Source of the DNA: an uncultured Spirochaetota bacterium
GTDB taxonomy: Bacteria > Spirochaetota > Brevinematia > Brevinematales > JAOACQ01
Direction of reading: 5' to 3'
DNA length: 64,000 nt
Assembly: GCA_963783575.1 (NCBI GenBank)
Contig: CAWAOD010000015.1
Coordinates: 1 to 64,000, forward strand
Shown: one piece after another, positions 64,000-64,000 of the stretch
How positions within the stretch are numbered: position 1 is the first letter of the stretch
How the letters are laid out: each line of letters begins with the position of its first letter
The notes under the pieces: model-generated
What the model was told of the DNA's origin: nothing
The model's database searches: none
The model's input: only the letters and a program-made list of their open reading frames with translations
Position numbers and translations under genes: made by a program

Positions 64000-64000
64000 C

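Noticed and set aside
1..64000. CRISPR array, tRNA or rRNA genes
   Set aside because: No regularly spaced direct repeats with unique spacers and no recognisable tRNA or rRNA sequence.

Overview
Accessory region of a bacterium (signal peptides and a lipobox suggest a diderm, possibly a spirochaete; inference only). On the minus strand, from right to left: a giant lipoprotein S8 protease plus Ig-like repeats (probably one ~4,600-aa gene broken by two homopolymer frameshifts), a DUF559 endonuclease flanked by REP-like palindromes, a secreted protein, a 3,753-aa Rhs polymorphic toxin with a Sec-type signal, and its immunity gene. Three tandem, diverged copies of a satellite-like integrative element follow; the third runs off the window edge. 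Each has a divergent XRE repressor, a small protein, ParA and a CHC2-Toprim-ATPase primase. The two complete copies continue with iteron-like repeats, two tyrosine recombinases, a variable toxin-antitoxin pair, and an element-encoded leader fused in frame to an orphan Rhs toxin tip with an immunity gene. The leader/tip junctions share a 10-bp core, and both core variants lie in tandem in the full-length rhs gene, suggesting recombinase-driven toxin-tip swapping. Between units is a cargo slot bounded by paired hairpins, each made of two inverted dif-like sites (6-bp and 7-bp spacers), with a second family of promoter-bearing hairpins inside. Cargo: a GHKL ATPase-nuclease, a radical SAM enzyme with an unannotated candidate precursor peptide, and a membrane protein. 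Two group II introns have inserted in or beside these hairpins. A candidate antisense-RNA/anti-SD switch precedes each replication operon. All calls come from reading the sequence; no database searches were run.
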